Source of the DNA: an uncultured Chloroflexia bacterium | GTDB lineage: Bacteria; Chloroflexota; Limnocylindria; Limnocylindrales; CSP1-4 | NCBI GenBank assembly: GCA_963736895.1 | Contig: CAVTQU010000008.1 | Coordinates: 436,535-500,534, forward strand | Direction of reading: 5' to 3' | DNA length: 64,000 nt | Part shown: piece by piece, positions 1 to 9,972 of the stretch | Layout: every line of letters starts with the position of its first letter | Numbering within the stretch: position 1 is the stretch's first letter | Made by a program: the position numbers and the translations under genes | The notes under the pieces: generated by a model | What the model saw: the letters and a program-made list of their open reading frames with translations, nothing else | Told to the model about the DNA's origin: nothing | Database searches by the model: none

Positions 1-664
1 CTGACGACGATCGCCGTCGTCCTGATCTGCTTCTACACGTTCCCGGCCATCGTGACGATCGCGGCCGTGCCGCTGTACGGCGAGCGAATCGATCCGCTGA
101 GGGCCGGCGCGCTCGCCCTGTCGGGCATCGGGCTGGTGATCGTCGTCCTTGCGCCTGTACTGACGTCCAGTGACGTGAAGATCGACCCGACCGGAATCGG
201 GCTGGCGTTCGGAGCCGCCATCTGCCAGGCCAGCTTCATCCTGATCGTCGGCCGTGGCTTCGATCCGCTGCCAGCGCCAAAGGTCTCGCTGTTTGCGATA
301 TTCGCGGCCGGAGCGATGGGCTTGGCGCTGGCGATCCTTTTGGGGGACACGGCCGGCCTGCTGGTGCCGTTCCAGGACCCGGAGATCTGGCCGTGGATCA
401 TTGCCGGCGGGATCACCGGCGCGGCCATCCCGACGACGGCGTTCATTGCCGGCATCGGCATCATCGGGCCGAGTCGGGCCGCGATCATGATGACCATCGA
501 GCCGCTTGGTGGGCGTGGCTCTCGCGGCGCTGCTCCTCGGGGAGCGGCCGTTGCCGATTCAGCTCGTAGGCGGTGCTGCCGTGCTCACCGCCGCGGCGAT
601 TCTCCAGGTTGCGCCGCGCACCGCGCCGGTGCCGGCCGAGCCTGAGTCCGGCCCGATCGTCTAG
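1..664 (+). CDS. EamA/DMT family transporter (5' partial, frameshift near 507)
   Basis: Frame 1 is open from base 1 with multiple hydrophobic helices; ...IMMTIEP then a -1 shift gives VGVALAALLLGERPLPIQLVGGAAVL to TAG at 662-664, a typical EamA C-terminus. Confidence 0.8.
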
Positions 665-790
665 CGACCACTCGAGCGGCAACGGGCCGTAAATCGCCCA
701 CGGCTATACTCGGCCACGGCCCGAAACGTGCCGTCGGTGCAGCGCCCTACTCGCGCGGCCGGCCCTTCTGGAGATTCGACCGAGGTACCG

Positions 791-1669
791 TTGCGCGTCC
801 GAAAAGCCGTCTTTCCGGCCGCCGGTTGGGGAACAAGGTTTCTGCCCGCGACCAAGGCGCAGCCCAAAGAGATGCTGCCGCTCGTTGACAAGCCGGTTAT
901 CCAGTACGGCGTCGAAGAAGCTGTAGCCGCCGGCATCGAGCAGGTGGTCATCGTCACCAGCAGCCAGAAGCGCGCCATCGAGGACCATTTCGACCACTCC
1001 TACGAGCTCGAGCATCTGCTCGAGGCCAAGGGCGACATCGAGATGCTGCGCCGGGTACGGCAGATCGGGGACATGGTCCAGATCAGCTACGTCCGACAGA
1101 AGGAGCAGCTCGGCCTGGGCCACGCGGTGCTGATGGCCAAGGAGCTGGTTGGGCACGAGCCGTTCGCAGTGATCCTGTCCGACGACGTGGTGGTCAGCGA
1201 TCGCCCGTGCATTGGCCAGCTGATCGAGGCAAACCGGCAGACGCACTCGTCGGTCATTGCCGTGATGGAGGTGCCGGCAGACGAGGTGAGCCGCTACGGC
1301 ATCATCGATCCCGACCCCGACTTTCACAGCGACGACACCAGGCTTTACAAGATTCGAGGAGTCGTTGAGAAGCCGTCGCCGGCCAACGCGCCGAGCAACC
1401 TGGCGATCATCGGCCGTTACGTGTTGACGCCCCAGATCTTCGAGAAGCTCGAGGAGACGCAGGGCGGCGCGGGCGGCGAGATCCAGCTGACAGACGCGAT
1501 CGCGGCCCTGCAGTCCAATCAGGATGTGTATGCGTATGCATTCGAGGGGCAGAGATACGACGCCGGCACTACCATGGGCTGGCTCAAGGCTTCAGTCGAG
1601 CTGGCGCTCGAACGTCACGACATCGGCGCCGAGTTCCGCCGATACCTAGCCAGTCTCGACCTCAGCTGA
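791..1669 (+). CDS. galU: UTP--glucose-1-phosphate uridylyltransferase
   Basis: RKAVFPAAGWGTRFLPATKAQPKEMLP, QLGLGHAVL, VEKP, GEIQLTDA motifs. Probable TTG start at 791 after GAGG (ORF open from 728). Confidence 0.95.
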   Translation: MRVRKAVFPAAGWGTRFLPATKAQPKEMLPLVDKPVIQYGVEEAVAAGIEQVVIVTSSQKRAIEDHFDHSYELEHLLEAKGDIEMLRRVRQIGDMVQISYVRQKEQLGLGHAVLMAKELVGHEPFAVILSDDVVVSDRPCIGQLIEANRQTHSSVIAVMEVPADEVSRYGIIDPDPDFHSDDTRLYKIRGVVEKPSPANAPSNLAIIGRYVLTPQIFEKLEETQGGAGGEIQLTDAIAALQSNQDVYAYAFEGQRYDAGTTMGWLKASVELALERHDIGAEFRRYLASLDLS

Positions 1670-1793
1670 GCCGAAACAGACGCAAATCGTCGACCGGATG
1701 CTCGTCACAGCTCCCGTCCTCGCTCTCAATCAACGCGCAGTCGGTGCGCTCACGCCACCGTCACCGGCGTAAGGAAACCAGGGGTACTCGCGT

Positions 1794-3866
1794 TTGGCCG
1801 AAGTCGGACAGATGCTCTACGGCCGCTACCGCATCGTCGAGCTGCTCGGCCAGGGCGGCATGGCGACGATATATCGCGGTCACGACTCGCAGCTGGGCCG
1901 CGATGTGGCCATCAAGGTGCTGCGCTCTGAATACGGCCGCGACCCGGCCTTCGTGGCTCGTTTCCGCCAGGAGGCGCAGTCAGCCGCTGTCCTGAATCAC
2001 CCCAACGTGGTGAACGTCTTCGACTTCGGCATGGAAGGCGGTGACCCGTTCATCGTCATGGAGCTGATCGACGGCGGGGACCTCGCTGGCAGGATCGCCG
2101 ATGGGCCGCTCGCGCCGGTCGAGGGCGCACGCATCGCCCAGCAGATCTACGAGGCCCTCGATGCGGCGCACGCCCGGGGCATCGTCCACCGCGACATCAA
2201 GCCGACCAACGTGCTCCTCACGAAGTCCGGCCGCGTCAAGGTCGCTGACTTCGGCATCGCTCGCGCCTTCTCCGAGGCGCAGCTGACGATGCCCGGCACG
2301 ACGCTGGGCAGCGTCCACTACTTCAGCCCCGAGCAGGCGCGCGGCGAGATGGTCACGTCCGCTTCGGATATCTATTCGGCCGGACTGGTCCTGTTTGAGA
2401 TGCTCACCGGGCGTCGCGCCTGGACCGGCGACTCGGCGGGCGCGGTTGCTGTCGCGCGGCTGACCGGCGATCCGCCAGTGCCATCGTCGGTCCACCCCGG
2501 TATCCCGCCGGTCCTCGACGAGGCAGTCGCGCGTGCCCTCGCCCGAATCCCCGCCGATCGGCCGACCGCCGGTGAGATGGCCGCGCTTCTCGGACGGTTC
2601 ATCGCCGATCCCAAGTACGCCACTGGCTTTGCCGCTGCCGGCGCTGCGGCCGCCGGAGCGGGAGCCGTCGCCGGGGCCGTGGCCTTGGACAGTGTCGCCG
2701 CGGCCCAGCTGGCAGCCCGGAACGCGGCTGGTTCGCAGGTAACGCAGCCCGTTGCCGGTGGTCCGCCGGGCTCAATCGGTGGCGAGGGCGCGGAGTCTGG
2801 CTACTACTCGGCACCGCCTCGCTACGACGCAACGGCCGACCAGTACGCTGGTGGTCCTGCCTATGGCACCGTCCGCGGCGGAGTTCCACCAAGACGCGGC
2901 ACGTACGTCGAGGAGGAGCCCGAGGACGAGGCGGGAGCCGGTCCGTGGGGCTGGATCGCGGCCATGCTCGCGGCGCTCGTTCTTTTCTCAGGCGGTTTGT
3001 TGCTGTTCCTGCTGCTGAGTCGTCCGGGCCCGGGCCCAGTGCTCAGCCCGGGAGTCCTGCTGGTACAGGTTCCGTCTTTTGTCGGGATGCCCTTCGATGC
3101 CGCTCAACGCGATGCCGATGACGCCGGCCTGGTCCTGACGGTGGGTCAATATGCCGTCGCCGAAAGCGCCGCGGAGAACACGGTGATCGCCCAGGATCCC
3201 GCCGCAGGTGGCCAGGTAGTCCGCGGCTCCCTCGTGTCGGTGACCCTCTCATCGCGCAGCCCAACGGTGCCGGTTCCGGACGTTTACCTCCAAACCGAAG
3301 CCCAATTCTTCGCGCTGCTCTCCCAAAACGACCTGCTGCCGGGTGTCCGCTCCGAGGCCTACGATCCAGTGGTTCCGCCGACCCTTCTCATTCTCACCAA
3401 CCCGCGTGCCGGCATCGAGGTCGCGCGCGGAACCGCGATCGACTACGTGGTCTCGCTTGGCCTACCGCCTACACCAACGCCACTCATAACGCCGACGCCC
3501 GAGATCACGCCGTCGCCGACTGCTCCACCCACACCTCCACCGGTTATCACACCTTCACCGGTCGTCACTCCTCCGCCACCTCCGACCCTGGCGCCCACGC
3601 CCACGGCTGAGCCCACGCCGGTTCCGACGCCGGTGACAGTCGGCAACTACTCCCTCTGCGGAACGCTGGGCGAGGCAAAGATGCAGATCGAAGCGGCCGA
3701 CCTCGTTGTTGGCATCGTCAACCCGCTGTCCGCGGGCACGATCGGTGACGACTGGCTCGTAGTTCCAGGGCAGCAGGCTCCAGAGCCGAATGCCCAGGTC
3801 CAGCCGGGTACGGCCGTTGACCTGGCAGTCAAAGCGCCGACTGATGGCCCACCGGAGTGTCCCTAG
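1794..3866 (+). CDS. pknB: Membrane Ser/Thr protein kinase with PASTA domains (PknB/Stk1-like)
   Basis: LGQGGMA, VAIKVL, HRDIKPTN, DFG and SPE kinase motifs; one TM helix; PASTA-like repeats (VPSFVG, VPDVY, VGNY) and a Pro/Thr linker. Confidence 0.9.
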   Translation: MAEVGQMLYGRYRIVELLGQGGMATIYRGHDSQLGRDVAIKVLRSEYGRDPAFVARFRQEAQSAAVLNHPNVVNVFDFGMEGGDPFIVMELIDGGDLAGRIADGPLAPVEGARIAQQIYEALDAAHARGIVHRDIKPTNVLLTKSGRVKVADFGIARAFSEAQLTMPGTTLGSVHYFSPEQARGEMVTSASDIYSAGLVLFEMLTGRRAWTGDSAGAVAVARLTGDPPVPSSVHPGIPPVLDEAVARALARIPADRPTAGEMAALLGRFIADPKYATGFAAAGAAAAGAGAVAGAVALDSVAAAQLAARNAAGSQVTQPVAGGPPGSIGGEGAESGYYSAPPRYDATADQYAGGPAYGTVRGGVPPRRGTYVEEEPEDEAGAGPWGWIAAMLAALVLFSGGLLLFLLLSRPGPGPVLSPGVLLVQVPSFVGMPFDAAQRDADDAGLVLTVGQYAVAESAAENTVIAQDPAAGGQVVRGSLVSVTLSSRSPTVPVPDVYLQTEAQFFALLSQNDLLPGVRSEAYDPVVPPTLLILTNPRAGIEVARGTAIDYVVSLGLPPTPTPLITPTPEITPSPTAPPTPPPVITPSPVVTPPPPPTLAPTPTAEPTPVPTPVTVGNYSLCGTLGEAKMQIEAADLVVGIVNPLSAGTIGDDWLVVPGQQAPEPNAQVQPGTAVDLAVKAPTDGPPECP

Positions 3867-3923
3867 CGGAGTAGTGCGCGGACGCACTCCCGACCGCGTT
3901 GGGTCGGCGTAGACTCGAAATCG

Positions 3924-4235
3924 ATGGCGACGTGGCGCTGCCCGAACTGCCGAACGGTCCAGGCTGATTCGTCCCGCTGTTTCCTGTGCGGTCGCTCCGC
4001 CACCAGCTGCGGGACGTGCGCCAACTTTCGTCAGTCGGTCGTCGGCGGTCTCGGCTTCTGCGGGCTCGACAAGAAACGCGCGCCGCTGAGCGGCGAAGAG
4101 CAGCGGGCGTGCTGGGCGGGCAGCTCCCAAGGACCGACCGACAGCATCTTTGCCGCATTTGCTGAAGCCACGGACAACGGCCTTATCACGGTGCGGCCGC
4201 CGCGCGGCAGCGTGAGACCAGTTACTGGACGGTGA
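3924..4235 (+). CDS. Small Cys-rich (zinc-ribbon-like) hypothetical protein
   Basis: 103 aa, ATG start; CPNC, CFLC, CGTC plus two more Cys; fills the gap after pknB. Confidence 0.7.
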   Translation: MATWRCPNCRTVQADSSRCFLCGRSATSCGTCANFRQSVVGGLGFCGLDKKRAPLSGEEQRACWAGSSQGPTDSIFAAFAEATDNGLITVRPPRGSVRPVTGR

Positions 4236-5333
4236 ACGAGGCGCTTCCCCGAAGCTCCTGACCTGAAGGCAGCGTCGCCAAAGCGGTCACCAGCCAGGCT
4301 CCCGTTGCGCTCGCATCGCCGGTCACAACCATGTTCGGCCAGGTCGCGCGGCCGCCGTCGGACGTCGTGGCACGGTAAGTGCTCGTGCCTCGGTTCGGCG
4401 GGGAGAGGCTGAACGTCACCGGCACGTTGTCCGCGGCGCGGCCAAGCTCGTCACGGACCAACGCCACAGCGCCGACCGTCGCCGGGAGATCGGATAGCGC
4501 CACGATCTCCGTGGATACCGTCAGGACGATCGAGGACAGACTCGTCGCCCGCGTCACCTCGAATCGGGTACTGCCCACGTTGCCGGCTGCGTCCCGGCTG
4601 CGCAGCACGAAAGCATTGGGACCCAGCTCCAATTCGATGGTTCGCCTGAAATCGCCCATCGTCCGAGACGGTCGCTTCGATCGGCCCGCCGGAGCTTTCT
4701 TCCTTGACCTCGATAGTGGCGCCTGGCTCAGTTCGGCCCCGTAGCGTTTCTGTCGGGTTGTAGACCATCCCGTCCGCGGCGGGGCTGGAGATCGATATTT
4801 CCGGTGCCGTTGAGTCGCGTACGACGGCCACTGAAACAGACATCTCACCTTCGCCCGCCGTCGCCCACGAGAGCGGCGCTGATCTCGTTCGAGCCTTCGT
4901 CGAGCGGGATGCCGCTGATCGTGAAGTTGCCTTCGCCCGGGACGCTGCGTTCGCGCACCACTCGCTCGTTGACGTATATGCGCAGCTGATCCGCCGTGGA
5001 TCGATCCAGGTCCGCGGGGAGTACCCCGGCGACATCGACGGTGGCCTCGTTGGTCACAGCGGGGTCCGGTTGAGTAAGCGTCACGCTGGGTGGCGGCGCC
5101 ACGCTCGGAGGCGGCTCGCCACGCCGCCCGGAGCCGTTGAACGTGCCACTGGCCAGCGCCAGCCCGGCTCCAACCAACAGGACAAGAGCCGCCGCCACGC
5201 CGATGCGCCGTGAGAAGCTGAAGCGTCGGGAGTGCGTCGGATCCTTGCGCTTGCGGCTGCGACCGGCCGGGCGCGCACCCTGCCGACGGGTGCCTTTGCT
5301 CTTCGTGTCAGCGCGCTTCGACGATCCCGGCAT
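4222..5333 (-). CDS. Membrane-anchored Ig-like-domain protein (two frameshifts, near 4860 and 4650)
   Basis: Basic N-terminus, TM helix, then beta-rich repeats (DSTAPEISISSP, GPNAFVLRSRDAAGN) spread across ORFs 4845..5333, 4451..5035 and 4222..4848. Confidence 0.7.
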
Positions 5334-5433
5334 CCGCGCGAATTGTCGCGGTGCGACAGACAGCGCGTTCGACGCCTCTGCGCGTGTACGCTAATGGCAA
5401 CGGTACCGGTCACGTGCCGTCTAGGGAGGTGGA

Positions 5434-5841
5434 GTGGATCAGTCGCGCAAACCGCTGGCAACGCTAGCCCGCACGGCTCTCCACGGACGTCCCACACCGC
5501 CGCAGCCGCCGCGTGGTCCCATCAGTCGGGTTTCCAGCAATCTGCTCATGCGACGGCCGGCCGAGCCGCCACAGGGCGCGGGAGCCTCGGTCCCACGCAT
5601 TCCGTTTGGCCTGCCGAACTTGCGCCGCAACGTGTGCCCGCACTTCTACATGACCGGTCCGCGCGGCCCCATTCCGATCAACGCGCCGCACCTTCTCAAG
5701 GCGCTCATGCGTCAGGACACCAACGTCGCGCGTTGCCAGCTGCGCGGCGGAGTGCACCTCGAGCAGGGCTACGTCTCTGACATCTGCCTCTCTCCGCGCT
5801 TCAACCAATGCGTCTTCTACGAGGACGAGCTCGACATCTGA
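5434..5841 (+). CDS. Hypothetical protein with C-terminal four-Cys motif
   Basis: GGAGG upstream of GTG; CPHF...C...C-x6-C-x-FY; lies directly upstream of folC. Confidence 0.65.
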   Translation: MDQSRKPLATLARTALHGRPTPPQPPRGPISRVSSNLLMRRPAEPPQGAGASVPRIPFGLPNLRRNVCPHFYMTGPRGPIPINAPHLLKALMRQDTNVARCQLRGGVHLEQGYVSDICLSPRFNQCVFYEDELDI

Positions 5842-5925
5842 CCGCACGCGTCGTGTCGGGCCGCGGTTCGGCGGCCGTCCACGAGGCGCGCAGCAGCGGC
5901 CAAAGGCCGTCTGCGGAGGTAGAAC

Positions 5926-7251
5926 GTGTCTCTCGAAGACGATGCCGATCCGCGCTACCGGGACGTTCTCGGCCGGCTGCAGGCGCGCGGAAGGTTTGGG
6001 ATCCACCTGGGGCTCGATCGCACGCACGCCATCCTCAAACGCCTTGGTGATCCGCATAAGGAACTGCGGGGCGCCCTCATTGGCGGCACCAACGGCAAGG
6101 GCAGCACGCAGCAGCTCGTCGCGTCGGTGCTGCGCGAAGGGGGCTACAGCGTCGGTCAGACGCCGAAACCTCATCTGGTCAGCTACCGCGAACGGATCGT
6201 GGTCGATGGCCAGCCCATCTCGCCCACCGATTTCGCCCAGCTGGTCGAAGAGGTCCTGGTCCAAGCCGACAAGGTCGAGGCGCGCCACGGCGCACCGACC
6301 GAGTTCGAGGTCCTGACCGCGGCTGCATTCGAGTGGTTCAGGCGCAGCAAGGTGGACGTGGCCGTCGTAGAGGTCGGTCTCGGTGGCCGCCTCGACGCGA
6401 CCAACGTCTGGCAAGGCGGTGTCAGCGCAATCACGAACGTCGCACTGGACCATATGGAGTACCTGGGCGATACGGTCGAGAAGATCGCCATCGAGAAGGC
6501 ACAAATCATCAAGCGCGGTGATTCCGCGGCGATCACTGGCGCCACCGAACCGGCGCTCGAGGAGATCCGCTTGCGCGCGGCGAGGGTCAACGTGCCCCTC
6601 GAGATCCGCGAGCCATTGGACGTGATCAGGCTGGATCGCAGCGGGGTCTTGGCCAGGACGGGGGCGGGTAGTGAGCTCAAGATCGGCCTGGTCGGTCGCC
6701 ACCAGGCAGCGAACGCGGCCGTGGCCCTGGGAATCCTGAATGGGCTCGATGCCGGCGGGATAGCACCGCTGAGGGATGGGGCAGTTGAGCGCGGGTTCGC
6801 CAACGCGCGTTGGCCGGGCCGGATGGAGCTCGTCAGCGTGGCCGGTCAGCCCGACATCCTGCTCGACGGCGCGCACAACCCGGCAGGAATGGCCGCGCTC
6901 GGCGAAGCCTTGACGGAGCTGCTCCCCCAGATGACGGCCGGATCACCAACGTTCGTGATTGGCATCCTGGCCAACCACTGGCAGGAGGGAATGCTCGACC
7001 CGGTGATCGATGCGGTCCCGAGCGGTGCCATGTTCGCCACGCGCGTGCCGGGCGCAGAAAACTCGCTGGAGCCACGCAAGCTGGCGTCCATCTGGGGTGC
7101 CGGTGCGGTGGAGATCGCGGTCCCGGAGCGCGCCTGGGAGTCCGCCCGCCAGCGCGCGGCCCAGGTCTCCGGTCCGTTGATCGTGTGTGGGTCGCTGTAC
7201 CTTGTCGGGTACATCAGGGCGCGGCTCATGGCGGCCGGCGCGATCGACTGA
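5926..7251 (+). CDS. folC: Folylpolyglutamate synthase/dihydrofolate synthase
   Basis: GTNGKGST, EVGLGGRLDATN, WPGRME, LDGAHNPAG. Confidence 0.95.
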   Translation: MSLEDDADPRYRDVLGRLQARGRFGIHLGLDRTHAILKRLGDPHKELRGALIGGTNGKGSTQQLVASVLREGGYSVGQTPKPHLVSYRERIVVDGQPISPTDFAQLVEEVLVQADKVEARHGAPTEFEVLTAAAFEWFRRSKVDVAVVEVGLGGRLDATNVWQGGVSAITNVALDHMEYLGDTVEKIAIEKAQIIKRGDSAAITGATEPALEEIRLRAARVNVPLEIREPLDVIRLDRSGVLARTGAGSELKIGLVGRHQAANAAVALGILNGLDAGGIAPLRDGAVERGFANARWPGRMELVSVAGQPDILLDGAHNPAGMAALGEALTELLPQMTAGSPTFVIGILANHWQEGMLDPVIDAVPSGAMFATRVPGAENSLEPRKLASIWGAGAVEIAVPERAWESARQRAAQVSGPLIVCGSLYLVGYIRARLMAAGAID

Positions 7252-7264
7252 ACACGGGAGGCAC

Positions 7265-8185
7265 ATGGACGCAACGCCCTCGGTCGACCTGCCCACGAAC
7301 GCCGAGTCGGGCATCCCCGAGCAGCCACCGCAGCCCACGCAGATCGGCCGCAAGGACTTCGCGTGGGGTAGCCGCACGTTCGTGATGGGCGTTGTCAATG
7401 TCACGCCCGATTCGTTCAGCGGCGATGGGTTGCTCGCCGCCGACAGCGGCAATCTCGCCGCCGCCGCGGCTGAACAGGCGGAGCAGATGGCCATGGAGGG
7501 CGCGGACCTCATAGATGTCGGCGGCGAGTCGACGCGTCCCGGACACGCGATCGTCGATGTTGCCGAGGAGCGCCGCCGTACCGAGCCGGTCGTGCGCGCG
7601 ATCCGTGCCGCGCTGCCGGATATGCCGATCAGCATCGATACGACCAAGCCCGAAATAGCGGCTGCCGCCCTGGACGCCGGTGCCGACCTACTGAACGACA
7701 TCTGGGGCACGGCCGACGACTCGGGCATGACGGCTTTGGCCGTTGAGCGCGGCGTGCCCATCGTCCTGATGCACAACCGCGCCGAGGCGCGCTACCGCAA
7801 CGTCGTCGCGGAGGTGATCGCCGATCTGCAGCGCGCCCTCGATCGTGCGCTGGCCGCCGGCGTCGACTGGAACAACCTCATCGTCGATCCGGGGATCGGG
7901 TTCGGCAAGACGCCGGAGCACAATCTGGCCGTGCTGCGCGATCTGTCGCTGATCACCGCTCTTGGTCGCCCGGTTCTTCTCGGGACGAGCCGCAAGTCGA
8001 CGATCGGCAAGGTGCTCGACCTGCCCGCCGATCAACGGCTGGAGGGTACCCTCGCAACGACGGCACTTGGAGTGGCCGCCGGGGCCGATATCGTGCGCGT
8101 CCACGACGTCGAGGCGAACGTCCGCGCGGCGCGGATGGCCGATGCCATTGTTCGTGGCGGTTGGCGCGAGGAGGACAACGAATGA
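7265..8185 (+). CDS. folP: Dihydropteroate synthase
   Basis: MGVVNVTPDSFSGDG, DVGGESTRPG, SIDT, DPGIGFGK, GTSRKS, RVHDV; ATG at 7265 after GGGAG. Confidence 0.95.
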   Translation: MDATPSVDLPTNAESGIPEQPPQPTQIGRKDFAWGSRTFVMGVVNVTPDSFSGDGLLAADSGNLAAAAAEQAEQMAMEGADLIDVGGESTRPGHAIVDVAEERRRTEPVVRAIRAALPDMPISIDTTKPEIAAAALDAGADLLNDIWGTADDSGMTALAVERGVPIVLMHNRAEARYRNVVAEVIADLQRALDRALAAGVDWNNLIVDPGIGFGKTPEHNLAVLRDLSLITALGRPVLLGTSRKSTIGKVLDLPADQRLEGTLATTALGVAAGADIVRVHDVEANVRAARMADAIVRGGWREEDNE

Positions 8186-8547
8186 GCGACCGCATCGTCC
8201 TGAGCCACATGGAATTCGAGGGTCATCACGGTGTTGGCGACGACGAACGGAGTCTCCCCCAGCTGATCGAGGTCGACGTCGAGATCTCTGCCGACCTTCA
8301 CGCCGCCGGCACGAGCGACGACCTCGAGCAGACCGTCAACTACAGCAGGGTGTTCGATCGGTGCCGACAGATCGTCGAAGAGCGCTCGTTCCATCTCCTG
8401 GAGGCGATCGGCCAGGCCATCGCATCGGATCTGCTCGATGGCTTCCCGCGCATCGAATCAGTCGTGGTGCGCGTCCGGAAGCCCGGCGTGCCTATTGACG
8501 GAGTGCTCGACTACGCGGGAGTCGAGATCGAGCGGTCGCGGTCCTAG
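8182..8547 (+). CDS. folB: Dihydroneopterin aldolase
   Basis: MSDRI, GHHGV...E, TVNYS, FHLLE, VRKP; ATGA overlap with folP. Confidence 0.92.
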   Translation: MSDRIVLSHMEFEGHHGVGDDERSLPQLIEVDVEISADLHAAGTSDDLEQTVNYSRVFDRCRQIVEERSFHLLEAIGQAIASDLLDGFPRIESVVVRVRKPGVPIDGVLDYAGVEIERSRS

Positions 8548-9929
8548 TCGAGCCCGGCCGGCCTCGTTCCAAGCGTCAGGCCCATCGACAGCGTCTGCCC
8601 GTCGCGCAGGACGCTGAGCGTCAGCCGATCGCCCGGCGAGAAGGCACTGAGGATGTCGTCGAGACCCTGTGACGTATCGATACGGATGCCGTTGATGGCC
8701 GTGATGATGTCGTTCGACTTGAGGCCTGCCGTCGCGGCGGGGCTATCGGGGACGATGGGCTCAGATCCGTCGGCCGTCTCGGGCGAGACCCAGGCGCCGT
8801 AGTCGATCGGCAGGTTGTTCTCGTCGGCGAGGCTCCTGTTCAGGGGCACATAGACCACGCCGATCCAGGGCCGGCTGAGTGGCTCGCCGGCCACCGCCTG
8901 GCGCATGATCGGCTTAGCGATGTTTATCGGGATGGCGAAGAAGATCCCCTGCGCCGACTCCGCGTAGGCGGTGCTCACACCGACGACGTTGCCTGCGGCG
9001 TCGACCAGCGGGCCGCCGGAGTTGCCCGGGTTGATCGCTGCGTCGGTCTGAACGAGGTTGCGCAGCTGGCGACGTTCGCCGGTCACCGGATCGCTGACCG
9101 CGAGCTGGCGGCCGAGCGCCGAGATGACACCCGATGTGACGCTATTGGTGAAGGTGCCCAGCGGGCTGCCGATAACGATGGCTGTCTGGCCCGGTTTGAG
9201 GGTTCCCGAGTCGCCGATCTGCGCGGCGGGCAGTCCCGTGGCGTCGATCTTGACGATCGCCAGGTCGGTGAGCGTATCGACGCCGTAGACGGTTGCCGGC
9301 AGCCGTCGGCCGTCCTGCAGCTCGACCGTAACCTGGGTCGCATCGGAGACCACGTGTCGGTTGGTGAGCACCCAGCCGTTGGGGTCGTAGATGATGCCCG
9401 AGCCAACGCCGGTCTCCGGCAGCGAGAACGGATCGGTCGCCTCGCCGGCACGGACGGTGATCGTGACCACGGCCGGGCTGACGGATTCGGCGGCGCTGGT
9501 TATCGCGGTCTGGTCGTCGACGATGACCGTCCGCGAGCTCGATTGGGGCTGCGGGGCTGGAGATGGCGACGCGACGGCAACGTTCGCGGATGTCAGGCTG
9601 CCGCTGTACACCAGGGCCATGTAGGTGACCGCCGAACCGATCGTCCCGGCGACGAGCGCCACGACGATGGCCATCGTGAGATACAGGCCTGAGCGGCCGC
9701 GCTTGCGTCGGCGCCGATCCTGGCCGGGGAGCGGCTCCAGCCAATGCTGGGGCGTCTGCTGCTGCCACGGCTGGGCGCTCCATGGCGAGCGCGTCTCCTG
9801 GGGCGGGCTGTAGGTGCTTGGACGTCCGTACGAAATCCCTGCGTTGGGATCCCCCACAGCCTCGGGAGGCGGGGGTGCGTAGGACTGAGTGTCTGGGTCG
9901 ATCTGATCCGGATCGCGCGGTTCTGTCAT
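8544..9929 (-). CDS. htrA: HtrA/DegP-like trypsin protease with TM anchor and PDZ domain
   Basis: GSGII, TNRHV (His), DLAIVK (Asp), QTDAAINPGNSGGPL (Ser), C-terminal PDZ. Confidence 0.92.
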   Translation of the reverse strand: MTEPRDPDQIDPDTQSYAPPPPEAVGDPNAGISYGRPSTYSPPQETRSPWSAQPWQQQTPQHWLEPLPGQDRRRRKRGRSGLYLTMAIVVALVAGTIGSAVTYMALVYSGSLTSANVAVASPSPAPQPQSSSRTVIVDDQTAITSAAESVSPAVVTITVRAGEATDPFSLPETGVGSGIIYDPNGWVLTNRHVVSDATQVTVELQDGRRLPATVYGVDTLTDLAIVKIDATGLPAAQIGDSGTLKPGQTAIVIGSPLGTFTNSVTSGVISALGRQLAVSDPVTGERRQLRNLVQTDAAINPGNSGGPLVDAAGNVVGVSTAYAESAQGIFFAIPINIAKPIMRQAVAGEPLSRPWIGVVYVPLNRSLADENNLPIDYGAWVSPETADGSEPIVPDSPAATAGLKSNDIITAINGIRIDTSQGLDDILSAFSPGDRLTLSVLRDGQTLSMGLTLGTRPAGLD

Positions 9930-9972
9930 CTGGGATTACTCACGGCAGCCGCAAGGTTGCCACGAACCTCGT

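Noticed and set aside
3440-3640. Tandem repeat or CRISPR-like array
   Set aside because: The repeats are the codons of the Pro/Thr linker of PknB; there is no constant repeat-spacer pattern and no cas genes.
9930-9972. OmpR-type tandem binding boxes upstream of htrA
   Set aside because: Only very degenerate 11-bp-spaced similarities are visible, which is not enough to call.
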